Shown here one piece after another: positions 32,733 through 43,200 of a stretch of DNA of 64,000 bases. The notes beneath the pieces were generated by a model. That model did not search any database. It was not told the origin of the DNA and worked only from the letters and a program-made list of their open reading frames with translations. The stretch is taken from the NCBI GenBank assembly GCA_963778655.1, contig CAVZVA010000009.1, positions 1,056,001 to 1,120,000 of the forward strand, read 5' to 3'. This stretch comes from an uncultured delta proteobacterium. Its GTDB lineage: Bacteria > Myxococcota_A > Polyangia > Polyangiales > JAFGIB01. Made by a program: the position numbers and the translations under genes. How positions within the stretch are numbered: the stretch's first letter is position 1; each line of letters opens with the position of its first letter.

Positions 32733-33416
32733 ATGAGGGGATTCAAACGACTCTGGGCAGTGGTCGGTACGGTGGGCCTGGTCGCAGCGGGCTGCGGCGG
32801 CGGCGGCAGCGCTTGCGAGAACGTCGGAGCGTGCGGCGGCGACCTGGTGGGCGACTGGGACATCGTCTCGTATTGCGCGGCCACGAGCGTGTCGGGGGCC
32901 GGCGCGGGCCTGGACATGGCGGGTGCGGGCCTGGACAACTTCTGCAGCCAGGCGACGGTCGACACCTCGGGCATCCGGGTCACGGGCTCGATGTCGTTCA
33001 AGCCGGACATGACGTACACCGAAACCGAGACCCTTTCGGGAACGATGAGCATGACGCTGCCGGCAGCGTGTCTCAGGCAGGGCAACGTGACGGCGACCTG
33101 CGCGCAGGTGGAGCAGTCGGCCAATGCCGGGCTCAGCGGCGATCCCACGACGCGAGACGCGATCGGTCCGATCAAGTGCTCGGGCTCGGCGGGTGGCGGC
33201 TGCGCGTGCCGGATGCCGTTCTCACAACCTGCTGCCATGGGCACGGGCGTGTACAGTACCAGCGGGTCGGTCCTCACGCAGAGCGGCAGCGACCAAAGCG
33301 ACTACTGCGTGAAGGGAACCACGCTGTACCTGAAGCCGCACCAGAGCATGACCATGAGCATGGGCTCGATGGGCAGCGTCGACGTCAACGAGCAGGTCGT
33401 GCTCGAAAAGAAGTAA
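32733..33416 (+). CDS. Cys-rich lipoprotein of unknown function
   Basis: Lipobox VAAGC, ACGGDLVGDW, DYCVKGTTL. Confidence 0.75.
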   Translation: MRGFKRLWAVVGTVGLVAAGCGGGGSACENVGACGGDLVGDWDIVSYCAATSVSGAGAGLDMAGAGLDNFCSQATVDTSGIRVTGSMSFKPDMTYTETETLSGTMSMTLPAACLRQGNVTATCAQVEQSANAGLSGDPTTRDAIGPIKCSGSAGGGCACRMPFSQPAAMGTGVYSTSGSVLTQSGSDQSDYCVKGTTLYLKPHQSMTMSMGSMGSVDVNEQVVLEKK

Positions 33417-33435
33417 CACCCGCGGACCCGCGCGC

Positions 33436-36042
33436 TCACAGCAGCTTGCCGATCGCCTCGACCGCGTGGGCGACGTCCGGTTGCTCGTGCAGCATCCCGG
33501 CCATCGGATCGCCGTAACGCTGTACCCGTTCGGGCACCGTGAACATGGTGAAGACGCCCGGGTCGAGGCCGAAGCCGACCTCGTCCCAGCTCAGCGGGGT
33601 CGAAACGCGTGCGCCTGCGAAGGCGCGCACGCAGTAGGGCGCGACGATCGCGCGCGAGCGGCCGGTCTGGCCGGTGTCGATGTAGACGGCGTTGGGCCGC
33701 TTGGCGCGCATGCGCTCCACGGTGGAGATGTCGGGGCGGCGGGCGTGGACGATGCGACCGAGCAACTCGGCCAGCGTCTTGCCCAGCTTGAACGGCACCC
33801 CGCCCAGCGGAACCAGCACGTGCAGGCCGGTCTGGCCGGAGGTCTTCGGGTAGCCGCTGAGCTTCAGCTCGTCGAGCAGCTTGTGCAGCTCGCGCGCGAG
33901 CTCGATCGCGTGCGCCAGCGGCGCCTCGCCCAGATCGAAGTCGATGGTCAGGAAGTCGCAGCGCTCCAGATCGTCGGCGCGCGAGGCCAGGATGTGCAGC
34001 GGGATCGAGCCCAGGTTTGCGATGTAGAGCAGGGTATCGCGGTCGTCGACCAGGAACGACATCACCTCGCGGCCGTCGTGGTCGTCGGAGCGCAAGGGCA
34101 AAGCGCGCACCCAGTCGGGGGTGCCCTGGGGCAGGTTCCACTGGAAGAAGTGCTTGCCCTCGATGCCGTCGGGATAGCGCGTCATCAACACCGGGCGCCC
34201 GCGCAGGTAGGGCAGGATGGTGTCGGCGATCTCGGCGTAGTAACGGCACAGCTCGCCCTTGGTGTAGCCCTCGTCGGGCCAGAACACCTTGTCCTGGTTG
34301 GTGAGCTGAACGCGGCCGAGCGAGGCGGCGGAGGCGCTGCGGTGCGCGCGATCGGCCTCGTGCAGCGCGAGCTCCACGCGTTCTTGCTGCGGGGCCGCGG
34401 TGCACGCGCTGGGCGCGACGTCGTCGCGGATGCCCCGCAGGGTGGGGTGACGCAGGTGGCCGTCCGGGGTGAAGCCGGCGTGACGCACGCTCACCACCAG
34501 CTGCGGCCGCACGAAGCTGCGCCCGTGGGGCGCGTCCTCGAGCGGCCCTTCGAGCGGCGCCTGCTCGACCACGAGCGGCTGCAGGCGCGCGAGCAGCTGC
34601 TCGATGGTCGCGTCGCTGAAGCCGCTGCCGACGCGGCCGCGGTAGACCAGGCGCTCGCCCGCGTAGGTGGCCAGCTCGAGCGCGCCCAATTGCGCGCGGC
34701 TGCCCCCGCCGCGGGTGAAGCCGACCACGACCAGCTCGTCGTCGCGCTCGCGCTTGAGCTTGATCCAGTCGCCGCTGCGGCGTGGGCCCAGCGTGTACGG
34801 CGAGTCGGCGCGCTTGGCGACTACGCCCTCCAGGCCTTGCTGCGTGCAGAACTCCCACAGCGGCCGGCCGTCGTCCTGCAGATGGTCGAGCACGCGGATC
34901 ACCCCCTTGCCGGGAACCGCGCGCGCGAGCAGGCGCTTGCGCGCGTGCAGCGGCAACGCGCGCAGATCGAGCTCGCCGAGCGCAAGCAGGTCGAACACCA
35001 AGTAGCTGACCGGCACCGCGCGCGCCGCGCGGCGCGCCTCGAGCGCGCGCGTGGCGTGAATGCGCGTGCCGAGGCGGTGGAAGTCGGGACGGCCGAGATC
35101 GTCGAACGCGACGACCTCGCCGTCGAGGATCACCCGCTCGCTGGCGAGCGCGCGCACGGCGCGTGCGACCTCGGGGTAGCTTTCGGTCGCGCTGCGTCCG
35201 GTGCGGTAGCGCAGCGACACGGTGGGACCGTCGCGGTGCGCGAGCACGCGCACGCCGTCGAGCTTGAGCTCGTACAGCATGCCCGGCTGCGCGAGCGCGC
35301 GCGACTGGGCGTGCGTTTCGGCCGATGCCGCGCACAGCATCGGTGTCCAGTTGCCGGCGGTCGCCGGTAGCGGCCGCGCACCCAGCGCGCGCGCGTCCTC
35401 CAGAATCGCGCCGGCGATCGCCGGCGCGTTGTCGAGCTCCTCCACCGTGAGCCCGGACAGCACGCTGCGCGGCTGCTCCTGTGCCACGTCGCTGTGCTCC
35501 CGCGCGAACGCGTCGGCCTTCTTGATCAGCAGCCACTCGGGTTGAGCGGGCTCCGGCTCGCCCTTGCGGCCCGAGAGCTTGACCAGCGCGAAACGGCCGC
35601 GGAGCTTGTAGCCGTGCAGGGTGAAGTCGAGCTTGCCGCGCTCGACGCCGTGCTCGGCGCTGCCCTCGAGGTAGCGGATGGCGCCGCGATCCCACAGGAT
35701 CATCGCGCCGGCGCCGTAGTTGCCAGCGGGGATCACCGCCTCGAAATCCAGGTACTCGAGCGGGTGGTCCTCGGTGTTGATGGCCAGGCGTTTTTCCGCC
35801 GGGTCCAGGCTCGGCCCCCTAGGCACCGCGAAGCTCTTGAGCACCCCGCCCAGCTCGATGCGCAGATCGAAGTGGCGGCGCGTGGCGTCGTGCAGGTGCA
35901 CCACGAAGGAGCCCGCCGTGGCCTGCTGCGAGCCGGACTCGGCGCTGCGCAGAGGTTCAGCGGAGAACGGCTCCTGGGTGGTTCCCGGATCGCGCTTGTC
36001 GCGGTAGCTCTGGAGCGATTTCGGCGCTTGCTTTTTCGCCAA
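33436..36042 (-). CDS. ligD: NHEJ DNA ligase D (phosphoesterase-ligase-polymerase)
   Basis: PE domain HDATRRHFDLRIE and TEDHPLEY; ligase ELKLDG and EGVVAKR; polymerase LTNQDKVFWP, RYPDGI, PKTSGQTGLH. Confidence 0.96.
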   Translation of the reverse strand: MAKKQAPKSLQSYRDKRDPGTTQEPFSAEPLRSAESGSQQATAGSFVVHLHDATRRHFDLRIELGGVLKSFAVPRGPSLDPAEKRLAINTEDHPLEYLDFEAVIPAGNYGAGAMILWDRGAIRYLEGSAEHGVERGKLDFTLHGYKLRGRFALVKLSGRKGEPEPAQPEWLLIKKADAFAREHSDVAQEQPRSVLSGLTVEELDNAPAIAGAILEDARALGARPLPATAGNWTPMLCAASAETHAQSRALAQPGMLYELKLDGVRVLAHRDGPTVSLRYRTGRSATESYPEVARAVRALASERVILDGEVVAFDDLGRPDFHRLGTRIHATRALEARRAARAVPVSYLVFDLLALGELDLRALPLHARKRLLARAVPGKGVIRVLDHLQDDGRPLWEFCTQQGLEGVVAKRADSPYTLGPRRSGDWIKLKRERDDELVVVGFTRGGGSRAQLGALELATYAGERLVYRGRVGSGFSDATIEQLLARLQPLVVEQAPLEGPLEDAPHGRSFVRPQLVVSVRHAGFTPDGHLRHPTLRGIRDDVAPSACTAAPQQERVELALHEADRAHRSASAASLGRVQLTNQDKVFWPDEGYTKGELCRYYAEIADTILPYLRGRPVLMTRYPDGIEGKHFFQWNLPQGTPDWVRALPLRSDDHDGREVMSFLVDDRDTLLYIANLGSIPLHILASRADDLERCDFLTIDFDLGEAPLAHAIELARELHKLLDELKLSGYPKTSGQTGLHVLVPLGGVPFKLGKTLAELLGRIVHARRPDISTVERMRAKRPNAVYIDTGQTGRSRAIVAPYCVRAFAGARVSTPLSWDEVGFGLDPGVFTMFTVPERVQRYGDPMAGMLHEQPDVAHAVEAIGKLL

Positions 36043-36054
36043 GGCTCGTGCCCC

Positions 36055-36064
36055 AGGATATCCT
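36055..36064. promoter_or_regulatory. Perfect palindrome AGGATATCCT in the 31-bp ligD/ku gap (candidate bidirectional -10 or operator)
   Basis: Gives TATCCT (TAnnnT) on both strands, flanked by inverted AAGGCT / AGCCTT. Confidence 0.45.
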
Positions 36065-36073
36065 TAGCCTTCG

Positions 36074-36979
36074 ATGGCTGCGCGTCCCACCGGATCGACC
36101 GCGATTTCGTTCGGGTTGGTCTCGATTCCGGTGAAGATTTATACCGCGACCTCGGCTCAGGGCGTGCATTTCAATCAGCTGCACAAGAAGTGCGGCTCGC
36201 GGCTGAAGCAGCGCATGTACTGCCCGGTCTGCGACGAGCAGGTCGAGCGCGACGACATCGTCAAGGGCTACGAGGTCGCGAAGAACCAGTACGTGCAGTT
36301 CAGCGGCGAGGAGCTCAACGCGCTCGAGGCCGAGCGGTCGCACACTCTGGACCTGGTCGAGTTCGTCCCGGAAGACTTCGTCGACCTCATCTATGTGGAC
36401 AAGAGCCAATATCTCGGGCCCGACAAGGGAGGTCACAAGGCCTTCAACCTGCTGGTGAAGGCGATGCGCCGCACCGGGCGCATCGGCGTCGGTAGATACC
36501 AGTCGCACGGCAAGGAGAAGCTGGTGCTGCTGCGCCCCTACAAGAAGGGGCTGATCCTGCACGAGGTCTATCACGCCAACGAGGTGCGCTCGTACGAGGA
36601 CGTGGACCTGGGGCCCGACCAGCGCTTCAACGAATCGGAGGAGGCGCTGGCCGACCAGCTGATCGCCTCGCTCTCGAGTGAGACCTTCGAGCCCCAGAAA
36701 TACCGCGACGACTACGTCGATCGGGTGCACAAGGCGGCCGAGCAGAAGGTGGCGGGTCAGGAGCTGACGATCGCCCCGGAGCAGCCAGCGGCCCAGATCA
36801 TCGACCTGTTCGAGGCGCTCAAGGAGAGCCTGCGCGAGGCCCAGGCCAAGCGCGCCACCGGCACCGAGGGCGGCGAGCCGCCGCAGGCCCCCGCAGCAGC
36901 CGGGGCCGGCGATGAGGCGCCGGGCGGGGAGGCCAAAGCCTCGCGACGCGGCGTCACCAAGGGCCCGAGGAAGGCCTGA
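36074..36979 (+). CDS. ku: NHEJ DNA-end-binding protein Ku
   Basis: ISFGLVSIPVKIY, FNQLH, IVKGYE, FEPQKYRDDY, IIDLFEALKESL. Confidence 0.96.
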   Translation: MAARPTGSTAISFGLVSIPVKIYTATSAQGVHFNQLHKKCGSRLKQRMYCPVCDEQVERDDIVKGYEVAKNQYVQFSGEELNALEAERSHTLDLVEFVPEDFVDLIYVDKSQYLGPDKGGHKAFNLLVKAMRRTGRIGVGRYQSHGKEKLVLLRPYKKGLILHEVYHANEVRSYEDVDLGPDQRFNESEEALADQLIASLSSETFEPQKYRDDYVDRVHKAAEQKVAGQELTIAPEQPAAQIIDLFEALKESLREAQAKRATGTEGGEPPQAPAAAGAGDEAPGGEAKASRRGVTKGPRKA

Positions 36980-37168
36980 GGCGGGCTGGGCCCCGGGCTT
37001 CGCGGGTCATCGACGAGCGGCCCGATCCGCTAGCCTTCCCGTCTTCCCGCCTTCCTGTGAACCTTCGACTGGTGCGGTCTCGGCGTTTCCGGCTGCGGGC
37101 TCGGCCCGCAACCCGCTCGACGGCGCGCCCGAGTCGGTGTACTTGCTTGCGCGAAGGGAGCGGCGGTC

Positions 37169-37924
37169 ATGGCGGAGCAGAGCAAAGGCGGCGAGCGGGG
37201 CGACGACCTGCCTGTGATCGACGTGGCAGAGCGCGCCGGCCACCACACCGGCAACCCGCAGGTGCTGCAGACGCGGCTATTCATGCAGCTGCTGGCGTTC
37301 GACTGCGCGCCCGATCTCGATCCCGTGCACGCCATCGACCGGGTCGGCAACGAGCTCGGCGAGCGCGACTGCTGCGCCGTCCTGTACGAGGACGTCCAGG
37401 TGCCGAGCGGCTTCGCGGTGCTGACCTGGAGCGAGGACCCGGCGCACTTCGTGACCAGAGTGCGCCCGGCCGTCGTTGCCGCGGGCCGGGGCATCGTGCT
37501 GCGGCCCGAGCTCGGCATGCTGGGCCGGACCTACGCCACCGGCTACGAGCCCGACCTGGGCTTCTGGTTGCTGGAGCGGCCGGTGGCGACCGTCAACAAC
37601 GAGGCCTGGCCGTGGGCGGTGTGGTACCCGTTGCGCCGCAAGGGCGGGTTCAACCGGCTCGAGGGCCGCGAGCAGGCCGCGATCTTGAAGGAGCACGGGC
37701 TGATCGGACGCGCGTACGGGGCGCAGGACCTGGCGCACGACATCCGGCTGGCCTGCTTCGGGCTCGACGCCCACGACAACGACTTCGTGATCGGGCTGGT
37801 CGGGCAGGAGCTGCACCCGCTCTCGCACGTGGTGCAAGCCATGCGCAAGACCCGGCAGACCGCGGAGTTCATCGCGCAGATGGGGCCGTTCTTCATCGGC
37901 CACGTGGCCAGGCGTCTGACCTGA
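37169..37924 (+). CDS. hemQ: Chlorite dismutase family protein, probable coproheme decarboxylase (ChdC/HemQ)
   Basis: GRTYATGYE, VWYPLRRKG.FNRL, EHGLIGRAY, FGLDAHDNDFVIG, MGPFFIG. No signal peptide. Confidence 0.7.
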   Translation: MAEQSKGGERGDDLPVIDVAERAGHHTGNPQVLQTRLFMQLLAFDCAPDLDPVHAIDRVGNELGERDCCAVLYEDVQVPSGFAVLTWSEDPAHFVTRVRPAVVAAGRGIVLRPELGMLGRTYATGYEPDLGFWLLERPVATVNNEAWPWAVWYPLRRKGGFNRLEGREQAAILKEHGLIGRAYGAQDLAHDIRLACFGLDAHDNDFVIGLVGQELHPLSHVVQAMRKTRQTAEFIAQMGPFFIGHVARRLT

Positions 37925-37945
37925 GCCCGGGTCGGGCAACGCGCG

Positions 37946-38692
37946 ATGATCCGTCTCAGCGTCAACCTCAACAAGGTCGCCACGCTGCGTAACGCGCGCG
38001 GCGGCGCGTTGCCGAGCGTGCTCGAGGCGGCAGGTGTCTGTCTGGCGGCGGGCGCAGGCGGCATCACCGTGCATCCGCGCCTCGACCAGCGTCACATCCG
38101 ACCCGATGACGTGCGCGAGCTGGCGGGCCTGTTGGCAGAGCCGCGCCGGCGCGGGATCGAATACAACATCGAGGGCGACCCGCGGCCCGACTGGTTGGCG
38201 CTCGTGCACGAGGTGCGTCCCGATCAAGCAACGCTGGTGCCGGTGCGGCCGGGCGAGATCACCAGCGAGGCGGGTTGGGGCGCCGGCACCGACGCGGCGC
38301 AGATACGGCGCGTGATCGCGGAGCTGCGCGCAGCCGGCGTCCGCGTGAGCCTGTTCGTGGAGGCCACGCCCGCAGCCGTGAGCTGGGCCAAGCAAATGGG
38401 CGCCGACCGCGTCGAGCTCTACACCGGGCCGTTCGCCGCGGCGTTCGCGCGCGGCGAGCAAGAGGGCAGGGCGGTGTTCGCGCGTCACGCGGAGGCTGCC
38501 GAGCAGGCGCACGCGCTGGGGCTCGGCATCAATGCCGGCCACGACCTCGACCTCGACAATCTGGTGCTGTATCGCGGTCTGCCGCAGCTGGTCGAGGTTT
38601 CGATCGGGCACGCCCTGATCGGGCGCGCGCTGTTCGTTGGGCTGGAGCGCGCGGTGCGCAAGTACCTTCGCGTGCTTGGCAGCGTGAGCTGA
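37946..38692 (+). CDS. pdxJ: Pyridoxine 5'-phosphate synthase
   Basis: LSVNLNKVATLRNARG, GITVHPRLDQRHI, NIEG, VELYTG, NAGHDL, EVSIGHAL. Confidence 0.96.
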   Translation: MIRLSVNLNKVATLRNARGGALPSVLEAAGVCLAAGAGGITVHPRLDQRHIRPDDVRELAGLLAEPRRRGIEYNIEGDPRPDWLALVHEVRPDQATLVPVRPGEITSEAGWGAGTDAAQIRRVIAELRAAGVRVSLFVEATPAAVSWAKQMGADRVELYTGPFAAAFARGEQEGRAVFARHAEAAEQAHALGLGINAGHDLDLDNLVLYRGLPQLVEVSIGHALIGRALFVGLERAVRKYLRVLGSVS

Positions 38693-38753
38693 GCGCGGCT
38701 TCGGTTGCGGCGAGCGCGCCGCGGCAGGCGGAAGCGAGCGCAGGCGCGCGAGG

Positions 38754-40160
38754 TCACGCTCGGGTGCGCCGGCGGCGCGCGAACGCCGCCAGCGCGAGCA
38801 CTGCCAGCCCGGTGCCTAGGCCGCGCGCGCCGCGCGCCAGGTTCGGCCCGCCGCCGCGGTGTGCCGCGGGCGTGCGCACCGCGTGCAGCGCGCGCTCGAA
38901 GGGGCCGCGGATGGCGAGGGTGAGTCCGTCGTCCTGGATGTTCACGAACAGCGTGCGGCCGTCCGGGCTGAAGCACGGTCCGGCGAACTCGCTGTCGCTC
39001 AAGGCATTGCGCGCGAAGGGCAGCACCGCGCCGTCAGGCTCGATGCGCCGGATGAAGTCGCCGCCCGGGCCGTCCTCGGCCACGTACAGCTGGCCCAGCG
39101 GCGAGACGCACAGGTTGTCGGGCATGTCGAGGCGCTCGGGGTCGGTCGACTCGGCCACCACCTCGAGCGCGGGCTGCGGGCCGAGCCCCAGGCGGAACAC
39201 CTGCCCGCGACCGAGCGGGCCGCCGGCGGTGGCGGAGAAGTACGCCTCGTGGCCGGCCAGCCACAGCCCTTCGCCGCGGCACACCACCGCGGCGCCCTTG
39301 GCCACGGCCTGTGCGCGCACGCTGTCGTCCGCGGGGTCGGGCTGCGCGATGTCGACCCAGTCGACCGCAAGGCGGGCGCCCGGACGCTGCGCGCGCGTCT
39401 CGAAGCCGGGGCGGCCGGTGACGCGCAGCGCTTGCAGCGTGCCCGCGAATGGCTGCTGCCGGCTCGACGGCACGAAGCGGTAGAAGCAGCCGTCCGGCCG
39501 GTCCTCGGTCAGATAGGCGATCAGCGTGCGCGGATCGACCGCGGCCGCCTCGTGGCGCATGCGGCCGTAGCTGGCGATCCGCTGTGCCGGCTGCACGCGC
39601 TCGGCTGCGGTCGAGCACAGAAACACGTAGCCGTGGTGCGCGTAGTCCGCCGTTTCCTCGCAGCTCAACCAACCCCACGGGCTGAGCCCGCCCGCGCAAT
39701 TCCAGTACGTGCCGCACAGCACGAGATTGGAGCGGTCGATCGCGAGCGTGCTCGCGTCGAGCACGATGCGGCTCACGCCGCCGCGTCCGGCGGGGTCGTA
39801 GGCTTCGGGTGGCGGCGCCTGTCCTGGCAGGAAGGGCCCGTGTCGCTCGTCGCCCGGCGTGACCTCGTGGTTGCGCATCAGAATCAGCCGCCCGCCTTGA
39901 CCGGCGAAGCAGCCCATCGCGTCGGGCCGACCCGGCACGCGGTAGCCGTCGCTCATACGCTGGCCGAAGCGCTGCAGCACGCGGTAGCTGAAGCCGGGAG
40001 GCAGATCGAGGATGCCGTCCTTGTCGCGCAAGAGGCCGCCGGCGGCCTCGCCGGGCTGGTCCGAGGCGGCCGCCGCCTTGCCGGCGAGCGCCGACACCGC
40101 CGCGGCGCCGCCGGCTTGCAGCAAGCGGCGCCTCCGCAGCTTGGTCGGGCTCTGGGTCAC
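38754..40160 (-). CDS. phoX: Tat-exported PhoX-family alkaline phosphatase (DUF839-like)
   Basis: RRRLL Tat signal. PDAMG, RNHE, NCAGG.SPWGWLSCEE, GRMRHEA, YLTED, RGEG, PDNL, EFAG, FVNIQ. Confidence 0.85.
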   Translation of the reverse strand: MTQSPTKLRRRRLLQAGGAAAVSALAGKAAAASDQPGEAAGGLLRDKDGILDLPPGFSYRVLQRFGQRMSDGYRVPGRPDAMGCFAGQGGRLILMRNHEVTPGDERHGPFLPGQAPPPEAYDPAGRGGVSRIVLDASTLAIDRSNLVLCGTYWNCAGGLSPWGWLSCEETADYAHHGYVFLCSTAAERVQPAQRIASYGRMRHEAAAVDPRTLIAYLTEDRPDGCFYRFVPSSRQQPFAGTLQALRVTGRPGFETRAQRPGARLAVDWVDIAQPDPADDSVRAQAVAKGAAVVCRGEGLWLAGHEAYFSATAGGPLGRGQVFRLGLGPQPALEVVAESTDPERLDMPDNLCVSPLGQLYVAEDGPGGDFIRRIEPDGAVLPFARNALSDSEFAGPCFSPDGRTLFVNIQDDGLTLAIRGPFERALHAVRTPAAHRGGGPNLARGARGLGTGLAVLALAAFARRRRTRA

Positions 40161-40209
40161 GCTATCACCTTGCCGGTCGGCCTCGCGCCAGGCAAGCCGC
40201 TGCCGTCTT

Positions 40210-43200
40210 CTAATCCTCGGTGCCGCGCGCGGGACGGGTGCGGGTGTGGAACCAGGAGCGGTAGCGCAGCATGCGCGCGTGCTGGTCGGCGGGCGCGTGG
40301 CGCTTGCAGGTCGCGAGCTCGGCCGAGCCTTGGGGCGCGCCCCAGCGCAGCTCCACGCAGTCGTTCGGGTTGTAGGCCATCTCCAGCGCCGCGCTGCGGT
40401 CGACCACGTCCTGCAGGGTGAGCGTCTGACTGCTGCCGTCGCTGCGGGTGTAGCTGAAGCTGCGCTTCTTCAGCTCGCTTGCGAGCTCGACCTGCAGCTG
40501 CTCGGCCGCGCGCGCGACGACGGCGCCTTGCAGCTTGAAGCGGTCGGGATGCTTGCGCAGTTGGGCCGGCAGCGCCATGACGCCGTCGATCGAAATCAGC
40601 AGCCGCATGTCACGCGAGGGCGTGGAAAAGTCCTCCCACGGGCCCTCGGTCTCGAAGATGTCGTAGCCGGGCGGCATCTCGATCGGTCCGTGGTGGCCCT
40701 GCGCGAAGTACTGCTCGCCATTGTCGAGCGAGAGCACACGCCGCCGCACCGATTCCTCGAAGGTGTCGAGCTGGCTCTTGAGTCGTACGTGCGGATCGAG
40801 CGGCGCGGGGTCGATCAGGCGGTCCATTGCCTCGTAGAAGTCGTCCTTGCTGCCCTGGTACTGCTGCATGCTGAACGGCGCGAACTGGTCCTGGTGCTGC
40901 AGCGCGGCGTTGTCGAGCGCGCTCAGCGTGCGGGTGGCCGCGTCGTAGACCAGCGGGCGGAAGTGCTTGAAGCCCGAGCCCACGTCCTTGGTGCTGGGCT
41001 CGAACAGAAACGAGCCGGGAGAGAAGCGCCGCCGCCCTACCGTTCCGTCGGGCTGCGCCTCGGCCGCCAGCAGGATGCCGTAGTGGGTCGGGTCGAGGCC
41101 CTGCGGAAACCAGTGGACCAGGATCATCACGTGGCCGTACGGATCGGCGTAGACCGTGCCCGGCGGCAGCGAGGCGCGCGTCAGCGCGACCGGATACAGG
41201 TCGGTTTCCGAGTCCTGGGGCGCGGTGCGCCCGGTGGCGGAGTGCACGCCGTTGCGGACCTTGCGGTTGACGAAGAACGCGAACGCGGCGGTGTCGTCGG
41301 CATCCTCGCGCGGCATCAGGTTGGTCTGCAGAGGCCCGCAGCGCGGCGGTACGCCGCTCTTGCCACGCGAGCACTGCCGGTAGGCGAACGGCAGCCGCAG
41401 CTTCCAGGCGAAGTAGGCGCGCAGCGCGTAGGGCAGGTCCGCGCAGTCCGGCACCAGCGTGATGTGCGCCTCCTCGTCCTGCTCGAAGTGGTCGTAGAGC
41501 AAGTTGCGCTGCTCGTCGCGCAGCAGCGCGTGCAGGCTGCGCCAGGTCTGCTCATCGTCGGGCGGGCCCTCGAACAGCTGCTCCACGAACGCCGACCATA
41601 GGTTCTCGGTGTCCTGTTCCCAGCGGAAGTGCGGCGTCCACACCGGACCCTCGGCCTGGCTCTGCTTGGCGGCGGCGTCCTTGTGCACGAACAGCCGCCT
41701 GCAGCCGATGCTGCGCGCGCCGTTTGCGAACACCGCGGTGTAGTGCCCGACCGCGGGCAGCAGCCGCGCCCAGACCGTGGTCGGCGGCCCGTCGAGGGTA
41801 TGGGTGTCGGCCTCCACCAGCTTGCCGTCGCCGTCGTAGATCCACAGCGCGGGCGCGGTCAGCGCCTGAGTGGCGGTCGCGATCACGCGCAGCGCGCGGT
41901 CCGCCGCCGGCCACTGCGGCGAGACGAACAGGCGCGCGTCGACGCTGTCGCTGCAGGCCTCGGGCGCGGGCGGGGAGGGTGGCGGCAAGGGGTGCACCGA
42001 CGCGCGCGCGGCCAGCGATGCCGGCGGCGGCTGCGCGCCGAGCACCACCAGCGCGGTCAGCCGCTCCAGCAGCGAGCCGCGGGAGCTGCCCGCGCCGAGC
42101 TGCAGGTCGCTTACCACCGTGCGCTGCACGTCGACCACGGTCTCGCCGCCGCCGCTGCATGGCCGCGCGTACTCGCCGAGCGCGTGCAGCGCCATGGGCG
42201 TGCCGGCCTCGTTCTTGCCGAGGTAGAGCATGATGTGACCGGGCAGGCCGAGCAGCACCGCGGCGTGCGGCGCCACCGCGTCGAGCGCCGCGAGCTTCTC
42301 TTGCGGGCTCATGCCGTGCAGGTCCAGGTTGAACAGACCGGCCTGGGCCTGCCAGCCGCTGTGCCGCGGCAGCGCCAGGTCGAACGACTCGAACACGTCC
42401 ATCTGCAGCCGCGAGCAGTCGCGGCCGCCGTTGGCGTCGCCGAAGCCGTAGGGCGAGCCGAGAAAGCTGAACGCGGTGGTCAGCAGGGCGCGGCGCGTGA
42501 GCGGCCGCCGCGCCGGCTCAAGCCCCTGGGATGGCAGCTCGTGAAAGCCGTCGCGCGCCGCGATCAGCAGCTTGCCGCCGGGCAGCAGCGGCACGCTGGC
42601 GTGCGCCGGCAGCGGGTACTTGCGGCCCTGCGCGTCCGAGAGCGTCACCGCTTGCGGCGCAACCGCGCGCGCGCCGTGCACGAACGCCTCGCGCTGCGGC
42701 GCCGGGATCGGCGGCGAGAGCCGGGCCTCGTCGGCGGCGTCGAGGAAGCCGAGTGCGTAGCGCGTGCGCACCAGCAGCATGCTGCCCGGCCACGGCGCGA
42801 GCACCTGCAGCACTTCCTGCTCGCGCACGGCGCTGCACGCGTTGCGGTCGTAGACCAGGTTGAGCGGCGCGCCCGGCTTGCGCTCGAACAGCGGCTGATC
42901 GAAAGGCCCGCAGCGGATCGGCAGCACGCCGAGCGCGACGCGCAGCGCAGGCGCGGCTTTGGGCACAGGGGCCTCGAATGCCTGCAGCGCCGCGGGCGGC
43001 AGCGCCTTGCCCTCGCGGTCCACGTAGCGCCCGTCGGCCAGGCGCTCGCGCAGGTAGCGCAGGCGCTGCTCGGTGTCGCGCTGCAGCTCGGCCGCCGGCA
43101 GCGGCTGCAGCAGGTCGCGTTGGCTGTAGAGCTGGTCGCCCGAACGGCCCACCCCGCGGTCGTACGCCTCGATCTGCTCGCCGGTGAGCAGCGGCACGTC

